Assembly (NCBI GenBank): GCA_050250895.1
Contig: JBFWNU010000006.1
Location: 151,513 to 215,512 of the forward strand
Length of the DNA stretch: 64,000 bases
DNA from: Vulcanimicrobiota bacterium
GTDB taxonomy: Bacteria > Vulcanimicrobiota > Xenobia > Xenobiales > JADMJV01
Direction of reading: 5' to 3'
Program-made: the position numbers and the translations under genes
The notes under the pieces: generated by a model
What the model was told of the DNA's origin: nothing
Databases searched by the model: none
Seen by the model: the letters and a program-made list of their open reading frames with translations, nothing else
Part shown: positions 58,968 through 64,000 of the stretch, one piece after another
Numbering within the stretch: the first letter of the stretch is position 1
Layout of the letters: each line of letters begins with the position of its first letter

Positions 58968-59726
58968 ATGCGAAAAACAATTCTGCTTCTAATCCTGATG
59001 ATGTTGGGCGCGCCTTCTCTGGCCGCGCCGGCCCGTGAGTTGAAGTTTTCAGCCGATAAGCTCGACTATGACGAGTCTAAGAAGATTGTCCGGTTGATCG
59101 GACAAGTTCGCATCGAGTCCGAAGGGACCATCATGACGGCCCCTTACGCCGAGTTCAACACCGAGACTCAAGTGGGTGACTTCGAGGGCGGCGTCAAGAT
59201 TGTCGGTCGCGGCACCACTGCTACGGGCAATCGGATGAGAGTTTGGTACGGCGACGAGCGCGGGCTACTCAAGGGCAATGTGCGGGTCGTGTCCGAGTCT
59301 GCTCCTGGCAGTGACCAGACCACGCCCACCGTGCTGCTCACGGACGAACTCGACTATTTCTGGGAGAAGGGCGAAGGTTATGCCCGCGGGCGCGTCAAGG
59401 TGCGCCAGGGTGACCGGCGCGGGTATTCTGATCGGGCCACCTATGATCAGAAGCGCCAGCTCGTCGTGATGTATGATAACGTGCGCTTCGAGCGAGGTGG
59501 AGAGGATTGGTTGACGGCGTCGGTGGCCACCATGAATCTAGCCGATGAAACGGTGGTGGCCGAAGGCCGAGTGGTGGCTCGGACCCGACTCGAGTCGACC
59601 AAAGAAGAGCCGGCTCAAGAGGAACAAGCCAAGCCTCTGCCCCGTCCCGACGTGGTCGAACCCGACTACGACCTCAAGCCGATCGACTCTTCCAAGCCGA
59701 TTCTTTTGCCCGGCCTCGACGACTGA
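58968..59726 (+). CDS. LptA/OstA family protein
   Basis: Signal peptide; repeated beta-jellyroll motifs ADKLDYD..LIGQV, GNVRV, GRVKVRQG. Confidence 0.8.
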   Translation: MRKTILLLILMMLGAPSLAAPARELKFSADKLDYDESKKIVRLIGQVRIESEGTIMTAPYAEFNTETQVGDFEGGVKIVGRGTTATGNRMRVWYGDERGLLKGNVRVVSESAPGSDQTTPTVLLTDELDYFWEKGEGYARGRVKVRQGDRRGYSDRATYDQKRQLVVMYDNVRFERGGEDWLTASVATMNLADETVVAEGRVVARTRLESTKEEPAQEEQAKPLPRPDVVEPDYDLKPIDSSKPILLPGLDD

Positions 59727-59776
59727 CCGGCCGCTTTACGGCAGGAGGCGTTGGGGCGAACGAGAACGGGCCGCGT

Positions 59777-61414
59777 ATGATTTTCAGGCGCTTGCTCTGC
59801 TGCCTTTTGCTGTTGATTTGCGTGGGTTCGGCCGGGGCCCAGGACCAAACCGAACTCGCCTGGAAGACCCGGGCCAATCTGGCTGCCGGCCATTGGGACC
59901 AGGCCCGGGCTGGACTGGAAGCCCTGGCTCGAGGGCACCACGGCGCCGCCGACCCCTTCGAGCAAGCCTTCGCGGCCAGGGCCCTGGCCGAGGGTGCCAG
60001 ACGCTTCCAGGGACGGGATTCGCGTCTGGCCGACCAGAGCTATCGGGCCGCCGCTGAGCGCCTCAAAAGCTTTGAGGGTTGGCTCTCGGAATATCCCAAT
60101 CTCATCGATGTGCATGGCTTTCAAGAGCCCGCCTGGATTCACGGTCAGGCCGAGGCGGTCAGCCAGGCCATCCTGGCCTGGTGCGAGTTGACCGAACTCG
60201 ACAAAGAGACGGGTCGCCGCGAACTCGTCGAGAAGTTTTGCGAGGGACTGCTGGCCCTTGACCGCAAGGACTCTTCTCGTTATCCGTTCGGGGCCCACAC
60301 GTCGTTTGCGGCCATCGGGCGCGGTTATGTGCCGGTCGAAGGTGGACCCGACGCCTCGGGAGCCGAGTGGGTGACCTCGCGAGCCTATCAGGTGGCCGCT
60401 CTGGCCCGAGCCGGGCAGCTCTATAATCGTAGCGAGTGGTTGGCGGCAGCCGAGAAAGAGGCCCTGGGCATGACTGCCCACCTCGTCGTAGCCGATCGAC
60501 CGGTGTTGGGCTTTGCGCCCCGCCCGATGGCCACCATCGACCCCCTGGCGGCTGCCGCCCTGGTCGAGAACCTGGTGGCCGTCTATCAGGCCAGCGGCAA
60601 GGATGTCTATGCGGTGTTGGCGGGCATCGGGGGAATTTGGGTCCGCCATCCCGAGGTCAGCAAGCGTCCCGAGGCAGTGGACCTGTTGAAGGCGGCTGTG
60701 GCCAATTTACCCGGTGACCGCTACCAGAACGGCGCGGATGTGGGCCGGCCGTCTGCCTATCAAGTGATGGACGCAGAGCGGGGCCGAGCCGTCAAAAAGG
60801 CTTTCGACATTCAAGACATCACCTATCCTGACGGCGAGGCCGGCCAGATCGTGACGGTCGGACGCGAGCAGATGTTTTGGATGCGCTTTGATGTCGATCG
60901 CGAAGACGATTACTTCTTCTACATGATTTTCCTCAAAAGCGAGGTCGGCGGCGGTCTGGTCTCGGTCATGATGCGAATCGACGGGGACAAGATCTTTCAG
61001 GTCAACCTGGGCGGGGCCTCGGGTGTGCCGTTCATGGATATCGAACTGGTCGAGGGGCCCCGTCACCTGCGCCAGGGCCCCCACTCGTTCGGCATTCGCT
61101 TCTCGGGACTCTTGATGACTCGTCCGGCGGTGCTGGACGCGGTGGTGGTGCAACCCGTGCTTGAACGTCGCACTCTCGATTTGCCGGGCGGCCGGCGCAT
61201 GATCGTCCTCAAGAACATGGCCACGACTCCGGCTCGGACCACCTACGAAGAGGTTCACCCCTGGCCCGCTTCGCGGATCGAGGTGGTCGATGGGACGGGC
61301 CAAACCGCCCAACTGAGCTACGAGACCGACCCGCGCCGGCGCAAAGACTATCTGGTCGTGCCGGCCGGCGGAGTGGCGATTCTCGAGTGGACCCCGGGTC
61401 CGGGAACGGAGTGA
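59777..61414 (+). CDS. Hypothetical secreted protein (helical N-domain, beta-rich C-domain)
   Basis: Signal peptide; 545-aa ORF ending 4 nt before murQ. Confidence 0.7.
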   Translation: MIFRRLLCCLLLLICVGSAGAQDQTELAWKTRANLAAGHWDQARAGLEALARGHHGAADPFEQAFAARALAEGARRFQGRDSRLADQSYRAAAERLKSFEGWLSEYPNLIDVHGFQEPAWIHGQAEAVSQAILAWCELTELDKETGRRELVEKFCEGLLALDRKDSSRYPFGAHTSFAAIGRGYVPVEGGPDASGAEWVTSRAYQVAALARAGQLYNRSEWLAAAEKEALGMTAHLVVADRPVLGFAPRPMATIDPLAAAALVENLVAVYQASGKDVYAVLAGIGGIWVRHPEVSKRPEAVDLLKAAVANLPGDRYQNGADVGRPSAYQVMDAERGRAVKKAFDIQDITYPDGEAGQIVTVGREQMFWMRFDVDREDDYFFYMIFLKSEVGGGLVSVMMRIDGDKIFQVNLGGASGVPFMDIELVEGPRHLRQGPHSFGIRFSGLLMTRPAVLDAVVVQPVLERRTLDLPGGRRMIVLKNMATTPARTTYEEVHPWPASRIEVVDGTGQTAQLSYETDPRRRKDYLVVPAGGVAILEWTPGPGTE

Positions 61415-61418
61415 TTGC

Positions 61419-62318
61419 ATGGATCTCGGCAAAGCCTTGACCGAAACGGCCAACCCGGCCAGTCTGAACCTCGACCAGATGTCGAGTCTGGAGATCATCC
61501 AGCTGATGAATACCGAAGACCTGCGGGTCCTCGAGGCGGCCGCAGCCGCGGCCCCCGTCACCGCCCGCCTGGTCGATGCCCTGGTCGAACGCTTTCGACG
61601 GGGTGGACGGCTTTTCTACATCGGAGCCGGCACCTCGGGACGGCTGGGCGTGTTGGACGCTTCGGAATGCCCACCCACCTTCGGCACCCCACCCGAACTC
61701 GTTCAGGGCATCATTGCGGGCGGCATGAAAGCCTTCTCTCAGGCGGTCGAGAAGGCCGAGGACAACCCCGCCGCCGGCGCCGAAGAGCTGCGCGCCCGCG
61801 GCTTTGGCGCCGATGACGTGCTGGTCGGGATCTCGGCTTCGGGGCGGACACCATTCGTCATGGGCGCCGTGGCCTACGCCCGCGAAGTCGGCGCCGTTAC
61901 GGGCGGCATCTTCTGTAATCCGGGGAGTCCCCTCGAAACGGCTGTGGACTTTCCGCTGCTGCTGGAAGTCGGACCCGAGATCGTGACCGGCTCGACCCGT
62001 CTCAAGGCGGGGACCGCTACCAAGCTGGTGCTCAACCAGATTACCACCGCCGCCATGGTGCGCTCGGGTCGGGTGCTGGGCAACCTCATGGTCGACTTGA
62101 TGCCGGCCTGCGAGAAACTCGAGGGACGTTCCCTGCGCATTCTCACTCAGGCCACCGGACTGTCCGAGGTGGAGGCCGGCGGGGTGCTGACTCGAGCCGA
62201 CGGCGATCTGAAAGTGGCCATCGTGATGGCGGCGGGCGGCCTCGATGCCGTCCAGGCCCGCCGGCTTCTGGAAGAGACCGGAGACTTGCGCCTGGCCATC
62301 GAGCGAGCCCGCCCTTGA
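61419..62318 (+). CDS. murQ: N-acetylmuramic acid 6-phosphate etherase
   Basis: GAGTSGRLGVLDASECPPTFG, ASGRTP, GPEIVTGSTRLKAGTATK. Confidence 0.96.
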   Translation: MDLGKALTETANPASLNLDQMSSLEIIQLMNTEDLRVLEAAAAAAPVTARLVDALVERFRRGGRLFYIGAGTSGRLGVLDASECPPTFGTPPELVQGIIAGGMKAFSQAVEKAEDNPAAGAEELRARGFGADDVLVGISASGRTPFVMGAVAYAREVGAVTGGIFCNPGSPLETAVDFPLLLEVGPEIVTGSTRLKAGTATKLVLNQITTAAMVRSGRVLGNLMVDLMPACEKLEGRSLRILTQATGLSEVEAGGVLTRADGDLKVAIVMAAGGLDAVQARRLLEETGDLRLAIERARP

Positions 62319-64000
62319 GGTGGTGGTATTCGCTGCTGTTCCTGGTGCTAGCAGCCTGCGCGCGAAGCCCTCAGGTGGCCCAGACCGGCGACCCGCTGCC
62401 GATTCCTACCCCCCGGCTCGAACAACTGGCTGCGCCGGTGGGCTTGCTCAAGAGCGAACCGACCTTTGAAGCACTGGGCTGGCGCTCCCGCTGGGAGTGG
62501 CAGGGAGCCGAAGAAGTGCTCAAGAGCCTGGATGTGCCCTATGTAGTGGTCACTCCCGAGCAACTCGGTCACTGGCAGGGCCAGATCCTGGTGCTGCCCA
62601 ACGTGCGCAACACGTCGCCCCAGACCGTAGGCCGCATCAAGACGCTGGCGGATTCGGGGGTCAAGTTGCTGGGCACTTCCATGGTCAGCTACCGCAAGGC
62701 CGATAACAGTCCCTGGGCGCCGAACAACTTCGCCCTCTCGAAGGCTTTCGGAGTCGACTTTCACCGTTGGGTCGGCGCCCCTCCCCAGGCCGCCGCTCTT
62801 CAGCTAGAGCAACCGCTGGGGGGCGGCCGCGTGCTGTTGGGCCGCTATCAGGCGATGCTGGTCAAAGTCCACCCCAAGGCCAGCGTGCTGGCCACCTGGG
62901 AAGACGGCCAGGCAGCCATCGTCGAGGGGCCGGCCGGAATTTACGTGGGCGAGGACCTCTTTTGCTTCGAGAATTCGACCAGTCCTCAGGTCCTCAAGCT
63001 CATTTCTAGCCTGTTGCTGCGGCTTGACCCGAGTCTTGAGCTCAACCCCAAGCCCAAGTTGACTGTGCGCGCCCCCCACCCCCCCGTGGTGCCCATCCCC
63101 GACAGCCAGCGTCCGGTGCGCATCGGTCTGGGGCAAGTCAGCTCTGAGGTGGTCTTTCGAGCCCCGTCGGGCCTGAAAGTCGACGACCGGGTCCACTCCC
63201 AATACCGCCTCAAGCCCGACGATCCGCAGCCTCACAAGATCTCGGCCAAGCCTTACCTCGAGGTGCTGTGGACTCGCCCCAACGGCACCTACACCTGGTC
63301 GGCCTACCGCGGGACCCTCGAGTTCGTCCCTGGCGCATCGCCTCAGCTGCTCAACCTGGTGGACCTCGAGAGCTATCTGGCCGGCGTCGTTCCCAGCGAG
63401 GTTCCATCTTACTTTCCCGACGAGTCACTCAAGGCCATGGCGGTGGTGGCCCGCACCTTTGCGCTGTCGCACCTGCACCGACACGCCGCCTTTGACCTGT
63501 GCAGCGAGGTGCACTGCCAGGTCTATCGCGGGCTGGCCAAAGAAGCCTCGTCGACCAGTCGGGCCATCGCCGCCACCAGTGGCCAGACCCTCCGCTTCGA
63601 TCAGAAGCCGGCCGACGCTACCTTTCACGCCGTGTGCGGCGGCCATACCGCTGATGTGGCCAAGATCTGGCCCCGCGGCACGGCCGTGGCCTATCTCGCC
63701 GGCGCCCCCGACCAGAGCGAGACTGTGCGCTTTGACCTGAGCAAAGAAGACGACCTGCGCCTGTTTTTAGGGGCTGACTTCAGCAGCGCCTATTGCTCGG
63801 GGGCCGGTCGCTTTCGCTGGCGCGAGAGCTATGCCTGGCCCGAGCTGCGCAAGAAGCTAGAGGAGGGCCTGAAGGTCAACCAGGGAGCCGACTTTCAGGG
63901 TCTGTCGGCCCTGACTTCGCTGCGCGTTTCGGGGCGAAGCCCCAGCGGACGCGTGGCGGAACTGATCGTCACCTCGCCTGAGCGAAGCTACACCGTCCGT
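62315..64000 (+). CDS. SpoIID/LytB-domain lipoprotein, truncated at the right window edge
   Basis: TTG overlapping the murQ stop; lipobox LAAC; in-frame LESYLAGVVPSEVP...ESLKAMAVVARTFA, CQVYRG, FHAVCGG. Confidence 0.88.
   Translation, partial: MRWWYSLLFLVLAACARSPQVAQTGDPLPIPTPRLEQLAAPVGLLKSEPTFEALGWRSRWEWQGAEEVLKSLDVPYVVVTPEQLGHWQGQILVLPNVRNTSPQTVGRIKTLADSGVKLLGTSMVSYRKADNSPWAPNNFALSKAFGVDFHRWVGAPPQAAALQLEQPLGGGRVLLGRYQAMLVKVHPKASVLATWEDGQAAIVEGPAGIYVGEDLFCFENSTSPQVLKLISSLLLRLDPSLELNPKPKLTVRAPHPPVVPIPDSQRPVRIGLGQVSSEVVFRAPSGLKVDDRVHSQYRLKPDDPQPHKISAKPYLEVLWTRPNGTYTWSAYRGTLEFVPGASPQLLNLVDLESYLAGVVPSEVPSYFPDESLKAMAVVARTFALSHLHRHAAFDLCSEVHCQVYRGLAKEASSTSRAIAATSGQTLRFDQKPADATFHAVCGGHTADVAKIWPRGTAVAYLAGAPDQSETVRFDLSKEDDLRLFLGADFSSAYCSGAGRFRWRESYAWPELRKKLEEGLKVNQGADFQGLSALTSLRVSGRSPSGRVAELIVTSPERSYTVR

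Overview
A 64-kb, high-GC chromosomal segment from a diderm bacterium (LptA/OstA present). The gene style is consistent with Ca. Eremiobacterota/Vulcanimicrobiota, but this is inference only. Most of the window is housekeeping or accessory genes: trmH, PBP1A, DUF1015, a complete MoxR-DUF58-BatA-E operon, an FtsH-like protease, topoisomerase IB, infA, a serA-like gene, sucCD, potABCD, lptA, murQ and a SpoIID/LytB gene. No rRNA, tRNA, CRISPR array or transposase was recognised. Main observations: (1) a DUF222-like/HNH endonuclease gene (20049-21236) lies next to a non-coding 165/166-bp tandem repeat array, and every unit carries the 16-bp palindrome ACTTCCAGCTGGAAGT (one copy with one mismatch) that is also embedded in the nuclease ORF; (2) a 1689-aa protein looks like a degenerate Hsp90/HtpG with about six tandem middle-domain repeats, and a second member of the family is fused to a class III nucleotide cyclase (56777-58525); (3) a 21-aa leader peptide with an RLR motif and an attenuator-like hairpin precedes a DHA3/MefA-like MFS gene interrupted by one in-frame TAG; (4) several genes are missing from the ORF track (a >718-aa coiled-coil protein, a second DUF1328 copy, a YqzL-like peptide, the SpoIID lipoprotein); (5) a protein with a prion-like Y/G/N tail, and recurring leaderless -10 promoters. 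All family calls come from motif recognition by eye, not from database searches.
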